64,000 bases of DNA, taken from the human T2T-CHM13v2.0 reference genome, Homo sapiens. The notes beneath the pieces are model-generated. The model worked only from the letters and a program-made list of their open reading frames with translations. It did no database searches and was not told the DNA's origin. Shown in pieces: positions 28,106 through 41,070 of this stretch (position 1 is the stretch's first letter; each line of letters opens with the position of its first letter). The DNA lies in contig CP068257.2 in NCBI GenBank assembly GCA_009914755.4, positions 33,536,001 to 33,600,000 on the forward strand, given 5' to 3'. Made by a program: the position numbers and the translations under genes.

Positions 28106-29546
28106 GAGGCTACAGGAGACCCAAAACAAAAAAGGGAAGGTGAATAAAAAAAGGTTTCATCTGCTGGCCTAGCCTGTTGGGCTGGCTTACAGTTGAAAAG
28201 GAGAAAAATACCACAATTCCTGTTGAGATGGAAAGTCGCCATTGTTGGGTCCTGAGAAGACAATGGAAGAGGTCGATGAAGTGGGAGAATCACAGAACTG
28301 GCCACAGTGCTTAGGTATTTCTTGAGAATAATCCCACTAGGAGATATATTTAAGGAGGATAAATACATTCCTGGCGGAGGTGGAGTTGGAAAAAAATGTG
28401 AGTGGACAGTAATCACCATGGGACAGATGGAACACTAAGGACCCCAAGGGCTTCAGGATTAAATGCTGTTTCTAATTAAGCCACCATTTGCACGACACCA
28501 GCACTGATCATTAAAAAAAATTTTAAATTTTCATCATTATTAACTGCATCTCATATCTGTAATTCTGATGAAAGGATAAAATAGAAGAGATGATGGTTAT
28601 GGATATATTTCATTGCTAGGTCAAAGAAGAGCATTTCAAGAAAAACAAGAGCGGAACTAACTCATACATTTGATGACGTATAGGGAGACCAGGCAATCAG
28701 GCTCGAATTCTAGTGAAAATTGCACAGAACCCTCAAGAATAGTGTTTCCCACTGCTTTCTACTCCAGTTGAGTCTGAAGAGTTGTTCCTCAAACAGGACA
28801 AATTTAGATTATTTTAGTAACTTATTCCATGAACAAAGATGAAATCTTTTAATGGCAGTAGAAGGCAGTGCTGCAAACAGAAATAACTCCTTAAAGAAAT
28901 GGAAAACAAGTATTTTATTGCACTCACAGTATATACAAAACAACATGTAATGTACAACAAAATTCCTCCTTAACATCTTCTTAGGACTAAATGGAGAAAA
29001 ATACTGCCAGTGGAAAATCTTACTAAGAAAAAAATCAATCAAATTCTTAAGAAAGCCCGCATTCATTATCTGAGCCTAGATTTCTCAAGTATCAAAGATG
29101 ACAGTTTTTGTTAATTAGAAATAATTTAAAAGCAGTTTTCCACTAAGATTTTTGCATATTAACTAAAGTTACATGGTAGAAATATTATAGAATATACTGA
29201 TGTTTTCTTTGATAAAGCAAAAAGAAGGAAAAGTTGGTTTATCTTTCCCAACATATAAAAGCCCTTTGACGTTGTGCTTGAGGCTGAAAGAGGCTCAAAT
29301 AGTTTACTGCAATATTTCTGTAAGTCACAGGCTACATTTTTTTTTCAATAGTACGGGGACATTTTTGTCATTGGCCAAAGACTGTTTTGAGAGATGGAGA
29401 AACTTTATTTGTCTACCAAACCTTGTAAAAAAAAGTCTGCTTTCTTCACCCCACCTCTGTGTTCCATCTGGGGGACCTACCTCCAATATTTGCTGGAAAT
29501 TTCATCTTGCTTGTCAGCCTTTCAGATCTGTGGAAAATTTCGTTCC

Positions 29547-32215
29547 TTTTTTTTTTCAGATTATTATTATTATTATTATACTTTAAGTTCTGGGATACAT
29601 GTGCAGAACATGCAGGTTTGTTACATTGGTATACATGTGCCATGGTTGTTTGCTGCACTCATCAACCTGTCATCTACTTTAGGTATTTCTCCTAATGCTA
29701 TCCCTCCCCTAGCCCCCCAGTCCTCGACAGGCCCCAGTGTATGACGCTCCCCTCCCTGTGTCCACGTGTTCTCATTGTTCAATTCCCACTTGTGAGTGAG
29801 AACATGCGGTGTTTTGTTTTCTGTTCTTGTGTTAGTTTGCTGAGAATGATGGTTTCCAGCTTTATCCATGTCCCTGCAAAGGACGTGAACTCATCTTTTT
29901 TTTATGGCTGCATAGTATTCTATGGTGTATATGCGCCACATTTTTTTTCCCAGTCTATCATTGATGGGCATTTGCGTTGGTTGCAAGTCTTTGCTATTGT
30001 GAACAGTGCTGCCATAAACATACATGTGCATGTGTCTTTATAGCAGAATGATTTATAATCCTTTGGGTATATACCCAGTAATGGGACTGCTGGGTCAAAT
30101 GGTATTTCTGGTTTAGATCCTTGAGGAATAGCCACACTGTCTTCCACAAGGGTTGAACTAATTTACACTCCCACCAACAAGTGTTAAAGTGTTCCTATTT
30201 CTCTACATCCTCTCCAGCATCTGTTGTTTCCTGACTTTTTAATGATTGCCATTCTAATTGGTGTGAGATGGTATCTCATTGTGGTTTTGATTTGCATTTC
30301 TCTAATGCCCAGTGATGATGAGCTTTTTTTTATATGTTTTCTGGCCACATAAATTTCTTCTTTTGAGAACTGTCTGTTCATACCCTTCTCCTGCTTTCTG
30401 ATGGGGTTGTTTTTTTCTTGTAAATTTGTTTAAGTTCCCTGTAGTTTCTGGATATTAGCCCTTTGTCAGATGAGTGGATTGCAAAAATTTTCTCCCATTC
30501 TGTAGGTTGCCTGTTCACTCTGATGATAGTTTCTTTTGCTGGGCAGAAGCTCTTTCGTTTAATTAGATCCCATTTGTCAATTTTGGCTTTTGTTGCCATT
30601 GTTAATGGAGTTTTAGTCATGAAGCTTTTGCCCATGCCTATGTCCTGAATGACATTGCCTAGGTTTTCTTCTAGGGTTTTTATGGTTTTAGGTCTTACAT
30701 TTAAGCCTTTAATCCATCTTGAGTTAATTTTTGTATAAGGTGTAAGGAAGGAGACCAGTTTCAATTTTTTGCATATGGCTAGCCAGTTTTCCCAGCATCA
30801 TTTATTAAATAGGGAATCCTTTTCCCATTGCTTGTTTTTGTCAGGTTAGTCAAAGATCAGATGTTTGTAGATGTGTGGGGTTATTTCTGAGGTCTCTGCT
30901 CTGTTCCATTGGTCTCTATATCTGTTTTGGTACCAGTACCATGCTCTTTTGGTTACTGTAGCCTTGTAGTGTAGTTTGAAGTCAGGTAGCATGATGCCTC
31001 CAGCTTTGTTCTTTTTGCTTAGGATCGTCTTGGCTATATGGGCTCTTTTTTGGTTCCATATGAAATTTAAAGTAGTTTTTTTCTAAATCTGTGAAGAAAT
31101 TCAATGGTAGCTTGATGAGGATAGCATTAAATCTATAAATTACTTTGGGCAGTATGGCCATTTTCACGATATTCATTCTTCCTATCCATGAGCATGGAAT
31201 GTTTTTTCATTTGTTTGTGTCCTCTCTTATGTCCTTGAGCAGTGGTTTGTGGTTCCCCTTGAAGAGGTCCGTCACACCCCTTCTAAGTTGTATTCCTATG
31301 TATTTTATTCGTTTTGTAGCAATTGTGAATGTGAGTTCACTCATGATTTGGCTCTCTGTTTGTCTATTATTGGTGTATAGGAATGCTTGTGATTTTTGCA
31401 CATTGAGATATTGCTGAAGTTGCTTATCAGCTTAAAGAGATTTGGGGCTGAGACTATGGGGTTTTCTAAATATACAATCACGTCATCTGCAGAGACAATT
31501 TGCCTTCCTCTCTTCCTATTTGAATACCCTCTATTTCCTTCTCTTACCTGATTGCCCTGGCCAGAAATTCCAATACTATGTTGAATAGGAGTGGTGAGAG
31601 AGGGCATCCTTATCTTGTGCCAGTTTCTAGGGGAATGCTTCCAGCTTTTGCCCATTCGGTATGATATTGGCTGTGGGTCTGTCATACATAGCTCTTGTTA
31701 TTTTGAGATACTTTCCATCAGTACCTAGTTTGTTGAGAGTTTCTGGCATGAAGGGGTGTTGAATTTTATCAAAGGCCTTTTCTGCATCTACTGAGATAAT
31801 CATGTGTTTTTTGTCATTGGTTCTGTTTATATGATGGATTACGTTTATTGATTTGTGTATGTTGAACCCGCATTGCATCCCAGGGATGAAGCCAACTTGA
31901 TCATGGTGGATAAGCTTTTTGACGTGCTGCTGGATTCGGTTTGCCAGTATTTTATTGAGGATTTTTGCATCGATGTTCATCAGGGATATTGGCCTGAAAT
32001 TTTTTGTTGTTGTGTCTCTGCCGGGTTTTGGAATCAGGATGATCCTGGCCTCATAAAATGAGTTAGGGAGGAGTCCCTCTTTTTCTATTGTTTGGAATAG
32101 TTTCAGAAGGAATGGTACCAGCTCCTCTTTGTACCTCTGGTAGAATTCGGCTGTGAATCTGTCTGGTCCTGGGCTTTGTTTTGTTGGTAGGCTATTACTT
32201 ACTGCCAAAAATTTC
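29547..32215 (-). mobile_element. 5'-truncated L1 (L1PA-type, about 2.7 kb): 3' UTR and most of ORF2, antisense, with ORF2 broken by frameshifts and stops
   Basis: Starts with a T-run plus ttattattattattattatactttaagttctgggatacatgtgcagaacatgcagg, the reverse complement of the L1 3' terminus. Antisense ORF2 is collinear through to ...ggtaccagctcctctttgtacctctggtagaattcggctgtgaatctgtctggtcctgggctttgttttgttggtaggctattac. Minus-strand ORFs 31627-32208 (193 aa: ...[63 protein letters not shown]...), 31341-31685, 30378-30764, 30184-30381 and 29920-30147 are successive reverse-transcriptase / C-terminal ORF2 pieces in different frames. Confidence 0.92.
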
Positions 32216-33149
32216 TATATATTTTTTAATCAAAGTGTTAAAAGGAAATACTTGTCATGTAAGCCTAAAGGAAAATTCATACTTTTTCGACTCATAAAAA
32301 CACAGATATAAGCAGGTAAGAACATTCGGACATGGATGAAACACTTCCCAGTATGATTTACAGCCTGTTATTTACCTTTTCTTAATTGACTTCGTGCCTT
32401 TAAATCACAAATCTCAAAGATCTCCCTTCTCTAAATTTTGTATTTAGAAATGGGGACGGGTGATGCTCCTTATCTGAGTAAACTGGATTTACTAGAAAGT
32501 CCCACAGGAGTAGATCTTTCCTGTTGGTTATTGCAAGAATCAGACTTTGCAGGGTTATGTTATAGTAATATATTATAAATACCCCCAAATCTGAGAGGCT
32601 TATAAAAATGAAGTTTCGTTTTCCACTCATCTCATGTGTTGTACATTACCTCCTCCATGCCAGCATCTGAATTAAAGGAGCAACCTTTTGCTGAGAGTGT
32701 TAGCCAGGAGTTGCCGTCAATGTGAACTTAGACCCATCCTGCCTTTGTGACTGCAGGCCAATGCTTAGGGGCAAGACAGCCATTTTGAAGCCACCAAAGG
32801 CTCTAAGGATGCTAGAAGGTGCAGAATTGTGCACACTTCACATGTGGCTACCAGCACCAGAATGGGTGAATGGCAGGGCCATGTAAATGCGAGTGTAGAA
32901 TACACCAGGAATTAACCTCCTCCCTCAGTCTTTTCATGCTCCAGCTACCGGTGAAAGCCACATATAGAACTTCTAAATCTGATGCATTGTAATGCACATA
33001 TCATCAATTAGATATCCCACTTAGAGTCAGGAAACTGGATAGGTCATTCTGGCCAGGATGACAGTGTTGTCTACTTGGAATCACACAACCTGTAAATAAC
33101 CAGGAAGTTCAAAGAAATCAGACTAATTTTCTGGGAAGTATGACAACAA

Positions 33150-33390
33150 CTAACATTTAATGAACACTTCCCATGTGCAAAGTGCTTTGTATGCATTATC
33201 TCCTTTGATCCTCACATCAGCCGGATGAGGTGGCTTTTATAATGCTCATTTTTTACAGGTGAGGGAACCAAGGCTTAGGAAGATTAAGTAACTTGATAAA
33301 GATCACACACTTAATAAGTGGTAGAGTCTAGATTTCATCCAAGGCAGTCTGATTTCAGAAATTCCTACTTTTAACCATTGTGTAGTCCAA
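33150..33390 (-). mobile_element. MIR SINE relic, antisense
   Basis: ctcctttgatcctcacatcagccggatgaggtggcttttataatgctcattttttacaggtgagggaaccaaggcttaggaagattaagtaacttgataaagatcacacacttaataagtggtagagtctagatttcatccaaggcagtctg is the reverse complement of the MIR layout (..tcctcacaacaaccctatgaggtaggtactattattatccccattttacagatgaggaaactgaggcacagagaggttaagtgacttgcccaaggtcacacagctagtaagtggcagagccgggattcgaacccaggcagtctg..). Confidence 0.5.
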
Positions 33391-33574
33391 TCCTAACTGA
33401 TGTTTGTAATCTTGAACCTGGGATATTGTAAGAGTCAGAAGTGCCTTTGGAATCACAAACATTATGCTCCACGTGGCCTTTATGTTAGATTCATTTTGTT
33501 AAACCCTAACTCAGGGATCAACACATTTTTTCTATAAAGGACCAAATAGTGAATCTTTTAAATTTTGTGGCTAA

Positions 33575-33907
<333 letters not shown>

Positions 33908-35576
33908 CTACAATGCTTTAATAAAGGAAAAACTATGCTTATCCCATGATACCATATAAAAAAAAAGATATGGGCCAGATTTGTTCCCCAAGTCACCATT
34001 TGCCAACCTTTGGTAATTCATCAAAGCTTGATGCACTGGGTATGACATATGTGTAACCTCTCTGCCAATTATGTGATTAATCAGAATATGCCATTTACAA
34101 CTATTCTGACACAGTGGGGATTTACTAAAACTAGAAGGTGAGTTTGGGTTCGTCTCTCTATAACTTCATAAATTGGTGATCTTGAGTAACCTCAATGTGG
34201 AGTCAGAGTCACATGAGGACATCTCAAATGTCTCCTTGCAGCAAGGCAGTGACCTATTCAGCCCCTGTTGTACTCCTGAAGGTGGCATCAAGTGACACTT
34301 TGTAGTATGCATGTCATTGCTCTTGACGATTTCAATTAAAAATGCCAGTGAGTTTTACTGAAATTGAAAGACTATTTACAAGCCTCCTCTTTCTCAAAAG
34401 ACATCAAAACCACAGCAAAGAGTGTTGGATCCAAGATAATTTACAGAGTAATAAAGGCCCACAGAGGATGCCTTGAGTTTTTGACGTCGTGTTGTTGGAA
34501 GTCGGATCAGGAAGGGTGAAGATCCACATTACTAAGCCAGCGTGTCTATAGAACTGTGTACCAGGCACAGTGCTAAGCTTTACACATATTAATAGTTAAT
34601 ACAACCACTTCAGAAAGGAGGTAACAGTTTTACCCCCACTTTTCAGATGGGAAAGCCAAGGCAGAGAAAGCTAGAGGACTCATTTGAGTTTCCCCAGTGA
34701 GTAAATGATAGGTGGAAGACTGGGACCCCGGTAGATCGGCTTGAGTCCACGACCATGGCCACTATGCTGCACTGTGCTTCCATGGCCAGAAAATGGCTAG
34801 GCCTATGGAGGAAAATAACCACTGTGTGAAGAACAATATTTAATTTCTGAATGAAGTACATTAAATTAAAAGATTGATGTTATTCAAGGCAACTAGGGGA
34901 TACTGGGTTCTAATTCTGCTTTTACCAATCAGCTAATTGGTCACTATGGCCAATTAGTCAAATGGAGTGTTGCGTTTGTCAGTTTTCATGTAAAAGAGAA
35001 GTGTTAGTATTTAACATAATCTTTTGTGTTAGTATGTTAAATGTTTTTAAATCATTTTGAGACCCCCTTTTCCAAGGAGTCAGTCATATGCATGCAGCCT
35101 GCCACACTCTGAGTACCAAGGCCCATGGCCTCAGGGAAAACTCTAACCCCGGGTATTTAGTTTCATTCATTCATTCTTCAGGAGAGCAATATCTTCTCAT
35201 CTGCATAATCAAAGGGTCAGACTGCATATCTCTAAGGTGTCTTCCAGTAATTATATTTTTATTGTTTGATGACTACAAAAGGATTTACTCATTGAGGGAA
35301 GTCTTTACTTGCTGAAAAATGTCTTTACTCACTAACGAAACTTTGATTAAATAAAGCTCTAAAGATATCTATTGACTGTAGCTCTTTGCAGCATAAAGTA
35401 TTTTTTCATTGACTACAAGATAAAATGTCCTTAATATTAGATCAGCATTAATAACAATCTAGCATAATAATAACCATGTAACCCTACTTTGCAAAAGACT
35501 CAGCCCTTTAGAAGGGAAAATGAATAAACTTAACTCATTCTTCTTCGAGGGCCGAGATAAAAATCTCAAGCTATCC

Positions 35577-35784
35577 TAGCATTAGGAGATATACCTAATG
35601 TAAATGATGAGTTAATGGGTGCAGCACACCAACATGGCACGTGTATACATACGTAACAAACCTGCACGTTGTGCACATGTACCCTAGAACTTAAAGTATA
35701 ATAAAAAAAGAAAAAAAAGAGAAAAAAAGAAATATTTTTAAAACTGTAAACTGTTAAAAAAAAAAAGAAGATGTGAACTATAAA

Positions 35785-35815
<31 letters not shown>

Positions 35816-35818
35816 AAA
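35577..35818 (+). mobile_element. Severely 5'-truncated L1 insertion (about 135 bp of L1 3' terminus) with an unusual 105-bp A-rich/(CA)n-containing tail, flanked by an 18-bp target-site duplication
   Basis: tagcattaggagatatacctaatgtaaatgatgagttaatgggtgcagcacaccaacatggcacgtgtatacatacgtaacaaacctgcacgttgtgcacatgtaccctagaacttaaagtataataaaaaaa is the sense L1 3' end. It is followed by gaaaaaaaagagaaaaaaagaaatatttttaaaactgtaaactgttaaaaaaaaaaagaagatgtgaactataaaac(ac)n aaacaaaaaaaa. The duplication aaaaatctcaag(c/t)tatcc lies at 35559-35576 and 35819-35836. Confidence 0.85.
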
Positions 35819-36937
35819 AAAAATCTCAAGTTATCCTTTAGATAGTCCAATCTGCTTTAAACTTTGGCCCGAGTTATTTTCACGAACATCCTCTGTTTCC
35901 AATGGAGTAGATACCATATAAGACAGAACACTACAAATCACTTTGTGTAAACTCACCAAAGAAAGGGTGGGGGGGGGGGGGAAGAAAAATCAGCACAGAG
36001 TCTGCTCTTAATTAAAACCAGCTGATGATGTACAGCGATTTGTCTGGAGCACCCTGGCTGCGCTGGTTCCCTGACAGCTGAACATTCTTTCCTGCCTGTA
36101 CTGTTTGAACTATGTCCAATGGTGAAATCGTTAAACCTTTGATAACTGTAGTTTAAATGCGAGAAGGGAGCGGGGGAGCTTTCTGTTTTAAGCAAGAAAG
36201 AGAGATGAGTGTTGTATTACACAAATTAACAGTTAAAAAGTTAGTACTTATTAGATCATTTTCACTGGCTTTTGGTAGAATGCCTCTGGACATTTTCAGA
36301 TTACCTATTGACACTTTTTCACGGCACAAATGTCAAAAATCTCACTTCCTCTCTTCTTCCCTAGGGGATTCTTGCTGTAGTTAGAAGGGAAATAGTATGA
36401 ACCACCTGGTCTTACTCAAAGAAGCCTTGGGGATAGGTTAATTTCACAGTTGAAAGCTCCATGTGGGGGATACATTTACATATTTACTAATACAGAAAGG
36501 GCTACCAAAAGAAAAAAATCATGTGACTTCAGGAGAACTGCTCACAAACACACAAAACACTCTGTTTCATCCTTGAGTTTGACAGATGCTTGATAGGGAA
36601 CAAAGAATAACCAAGCTGTTCATCTCCAAATACCAAAGTAACTTTAAAATGAATTGCTGTTCACAGTTTCTGGAAGACAAATCGGCATTACGAGGATGTA
36701 AATAATAACCTGTCTGTGTGTTCATACACACCCTAAACGTTTAAAAGATATTTTTAGGTATAAAATATTTCAAAAACACAATACCCTTTCTAAAACAGCC
36801 ATCATGATATATCTGTATTATAGGAAAGTGCAGATATATACAGATAGTACGTAGTTATATTCATAGAAACATAGATGACAGATGGGTAGATAGGTAGATA
36901 GATTAATACTTAGTGTTTCAAATTATACTTGGAGCAA

Positions 36938-37085
36938 TTTTTTTTTTTTTGAGACAGAGTCTCATTCCATCACCCAGGCTGAAGTGCAGTGGCACGATCT
37001 CAGCTCGTTGCAACTCGTGCCTCAGCCTCCCAAGTAGCTGTAATTATAGGTGCGAGTCACAGCACACTGCCCAAATTTCCTTTTT
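36938..37085 (-). mobile_element. Truncated Alu fragment (right-monomer portion), antisense
   Basis: T13 plus gagacagagtctcattccatcacccaggctgaagtgcagtggcacgatctcagctcgttgcaactcgtgcctcagcctcccaagtagctgtaattataggtgcgagtcacagcacactgcc. It yields the artifactual ORF 36913-37128. Confidence 0.7.
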
Positions 37086-40000
37086 AAACTTTGGTTTCAG
37101 CATAGCCCTGTCTACTACTTGGAGGTGATTTTGGTGTTTGGATATGTTAATACATTTTTGCCAACCATGGTAGCCATGGGGTCTGGCACAATGCTGTAAC
37201 CCCATTCTTTCAATAGAACGAATGCCCCTTAGGCTGTAAGTGTGGCCCCTGTTTCCTTTGAAGGGCTTTTAGAAATAGACAGAGTGTCTTTTCCCTGGGA
37301 CTCTGGACTCCTGGGGCAAAGCTTTTTAAGACAGGTGTGAAAATTATCCTGGTTGATTCAGAAATGAGTCATTGTCTCCTGGCTGCTGCTACTGATCTCA
37401 AGCTAGCAAAGGTCAAATGAAGTTCTGGTTCACATAAAGACATTCTATGCTGAGTTTTAAGCATCACTGGGGAGTCTTCCAATTCATTTGATTTGGGAGA
37501 GCTCAACAACATTGCTGATGTAGTTATCTTTGTCCAGTTAAACTTTTGCCAGACAACCATGGGACTTCTGGCCCACAGGAAGGTAAGGGAAGATAGAAAT
37601 TAGATTAAAAGACACCCAAGTCCAAACACAATTTCACCAGACAGGTAAATATCTTAATGCCAATTAGTTTTGACAAATATGAGACATATTTGGCTTTGTT
37701 CTATCTAGGGGTACTTTTTCATTTAATCAATCTCTCAATTAAAATTCTTTAGCATTGCTTATTTAGAGTCAAATAAATAAATATATCTGTCTGGGTATAA
37801 TTCATTTAAATTAGAGCACAATGTTTGCTCTATTTGCCTTACATATTGTCATTCAGGAAACATAAGTACTCATGAAATTTTGATTTCTATTAGTTAAACT
37901 GTATAAGCATGAAGGAGTTAGTAGGGTGGTAAGCCATGTGGGTTGTCTACACTCAACGCTTTTCTACCTCCACACATCTCCTTGCTCAGAAAGCTCCCCT
38001 CCACCAGCGTCCCAAAATATCAGAGAGTAGATGTATCAGCCCCCATGCAGCTGGGCTATGAGTATTGGCTGTGGACTGGGACCTGAAGGCAGGCATCTCG
38101 AGCACTTTGGAAAAGGTTTTCTTCTCTAATTACAAAGCCCTGCCTGGAAGGACGTGTCTCCCTTCTCCGGCCAGCTGTTGCTGTGCCTACAAGTGACCTC
38201 CGTAACAATTAATTCTATCTTGTGACCTGAGGATTCTGTGCAGAACAAGAGACACAGCACAGATTTTTGATGACATCAACAAGCCATCAAATTGACCCTC
38301 TACTCACTTACCTCTGAGCTTCAATTTCTTCATCCTTAAAATGGAAAGAATAAAAGCATTTGCTTTAGGTTTTTTGATTTTTGGGGGATGTGAGAATTAA
38401 ATAAAATAATGCAAATAAATCCACTTGATATTATGCCAAGGACATAAGACATGCTTGTTTTTAGCTTCTATCATTATTTTTATTACCACTTACAACTACA
38501 TGATACTATGTTTTCAGAGAAATTGAAATAGTTCCTAAAAGCCTTCATATGTTCAACAAAGATCATAATGTAAGCAGGAGTAAAATATCTGTCAGTCAGT
38601 ACATTTCTTACATAATCAATGCTTTTCCAGAATAATGTTTTTAAAAAACATTTTGAGGAGTAATTCTGAGAGAGACACCTGGATAGCTTATGAAACTGTT
38701 TAGTTCTCTCACATAGGATCTGCCAAATTGCTGACTTCTGCAAAAAACATTAAGAATTTAAAATTATGAATATGGAATAATAGTTTTTAAATGATAGACA
38801 AATATTTCCATATTTTATCAGCTCCTGGATTATACTGCAGTTTCACACCTGCACTATTTTAATAGGCTACCTTGTGGCCCAATGGTTTTAATATGTATTC
38901 AACCCTAAATAATCACTCATTAATCTTATATGACAACCAGATAGTAATATTTATTAATGTGCTATTGTCAATAGCAGACTTTATGCTACTTATAGTATCT
39001 GCATTTTTCCCCATAGTAAAGTTTCCTACACCCTAAACAGCTCATCTCAAAACAATGACAACCAGATATTCTTAACTTCATGAAAAATTTTATGAAATAC
39101 ATGTTTGTACCAAAAAGCAGTTTTAAATCCTCTCTTGAAAATAATTGGCAGAAAATTACTTAATGGAATATCATAATTTATTTTATAAATATAAATAAAT
39201 GTGAGCTTGCCTAGATCACTTTGGCTTAAATACAAATATATCCATTGTTTTTAAAAAGTGTCTGTTGTAATTATTAAACCTGCTAAGGAGAGGGCAAGAT
39301 ACCTGTAGACTGTTAACACATCTGATGATGAAGCCAATGATAAGGATTTTAGGGGTAAAATACGACTTCAGTTTGGTTGAGTGGTTTGTTTTCTCTTTGA
39401 GCATTATACCTCCTCTCTGAAGCCCCTTCAGATCATTTTTCTAGGTCTTAGGCACCTGAGGTGGGATTAAGTACTCTCTTCACTTCCCATACAGGCTTCC
39501 AAATCATTATCCTCTATGCCCTCTAAATATCATTGCTCCACTGAGGTTAATTCTCTACATATCATCTTTTCCACTTGTTTCAATTGTCTGCTGTCTTCCA
39601 AGCCAATCCTATACATTTATCAAAAAATCTAGCCTCTGAGACAAAGTTTTCTCTCCACCCAAATTCCACTGATCCACCATAATCTCCAGTGACTTTGGAG
39701 TTCAGATGGATGACCCCTCTAATGTCTTCCTTTGTCCATCTTAACTTCCACATCTCCAGTGGCCTTCATCTCTGCTCCATTTCAGGTACTTCCTCTTAAG
39801 GTTAAATCCTGGAATTTTTCCATCCTTGAATTCTCAAATACAAATGTTCCACTTTCTGATAAAAAATTTTCATTCATTGGGTTTTACTGTTACTCCTAAA
39901 ACTATGTGGTTTTTAGATTTACCAGGTCCCTTGGTACCTAATGTTCTTTCAGAATCAGCCTCTCCTGGCCTCTTTTCCTCCCCTGGATCCCATCATTAAA

Positions 40001-40676
40001 ATAACGAGGACCCTCAATTTCCTTGCCCTCCATCATTCTGTAACACCCCCTCAACAAAACTACAAAATTGGATCAATGTTTCAAGCCACATTCTTAGTTC
40101 CTATAACAAAGTGGTTGGATACTGTTAGAAAAAATATATTATTTGATATATCAGATAGGTTCCCAATATCTCCCATAAATTTATTTACTTCCTATTCAGG
40201 GACTCATTTTCCAATACCCTTCAATGTCTATGAAAAAGCTCCATCAGTCTTCTCAAGAACTCTATCTCATACAAGCTCATTAATTTTGGCAGACAAACTT
40301 GCCACTTTAATAAAATATTAAAGTAAACAGACAGTGTCTTCCCCAACTTTGTTGCAAGTGTTATCTATTTTAATATATGTATAAATCCTGAACATCTGTA
40401 ATTCCCATTTCAGTCCATAAGGCATCTCTTTTTTTTGTTGAAGTCTCCAAGTTATGCCTTTGCATCTCTTTCCTTCTCCTCAAGTCTTTTTCATTCATCA
40501 TCCCTACTCTGTCCCATATCTTCAATCTCTCCAATATTCCAATCTCAGCTAGAACCTGCACTTCGGACTACTAATACATCCAGGTTTTCCCAATTTAAAC
40601 ATTCCTTCCTGCATTGAACTTTCCAGGTGGTTAGTTTTGGTGAACTAACCACCAACTTGTTCTACATATTCCCATC

Positions 40677-41070
40677 TGTATTAGTCCATTTTCACACTGC
40701 TATAAAGAAATACCTGAGATTGGGTAATTTCTAAAGGAAAGAGGTTTAATTGACTCACAGTTCCGCATGGCTGGGGAGGCCTCAGGAAACTTACAATCAT
40801 AGCGGAAGGCAAAGAGGAAGGAAGGCACATCTTACATGGCAGCAGGAGAGAGAGAGAGACAGAGACAGAGAGAGAGAGAGTGTGTGTGCGAAAGGTGACA
40901 TACCACTTTTCAACCATCAGACCTCATGAGAACTCACTGACTACCGTGAGAACAGCATGGGGAAAATTGCCCCCATGATCCAATCACCTCATGCTAGCTC
41001 CTTCAATTGATACCTGGGGATAAGAATTCAAGATAGGATTTGGGTGGGGATGCAGAGTCAAACCATATCA
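40677..41070 (-). mobile_element. MaLR solo LTR (THE1/MST-like), antisense, with 5-bp target-site duplication CCATC and an internal (GA)n microsatellite
   Basis: tgtattagtccattttcacactgctataaagaaatacctgagattgggtaatttctaaaggaaagaggtttaattgactcacagttccgcatggctggggaggcctcaggaaacttacaatcatagcggaaggc...(ga)n...caagataggatttgggtggggatgcagagtcaaaccatatca. CCATC lies at 40672-40676 and 41071-41075. Confidence 0.82.

Noticed and set aside
31627-32208. 193-aa minus-strand ORF as a candidate novel protein
   Set aside because: It is the N-terminal reverse-transcriptase portion of L1 ORF2 ([53 protein letters not shown]) inside a 5'-truncated L1 whose remaining ORF2 is in other frames.
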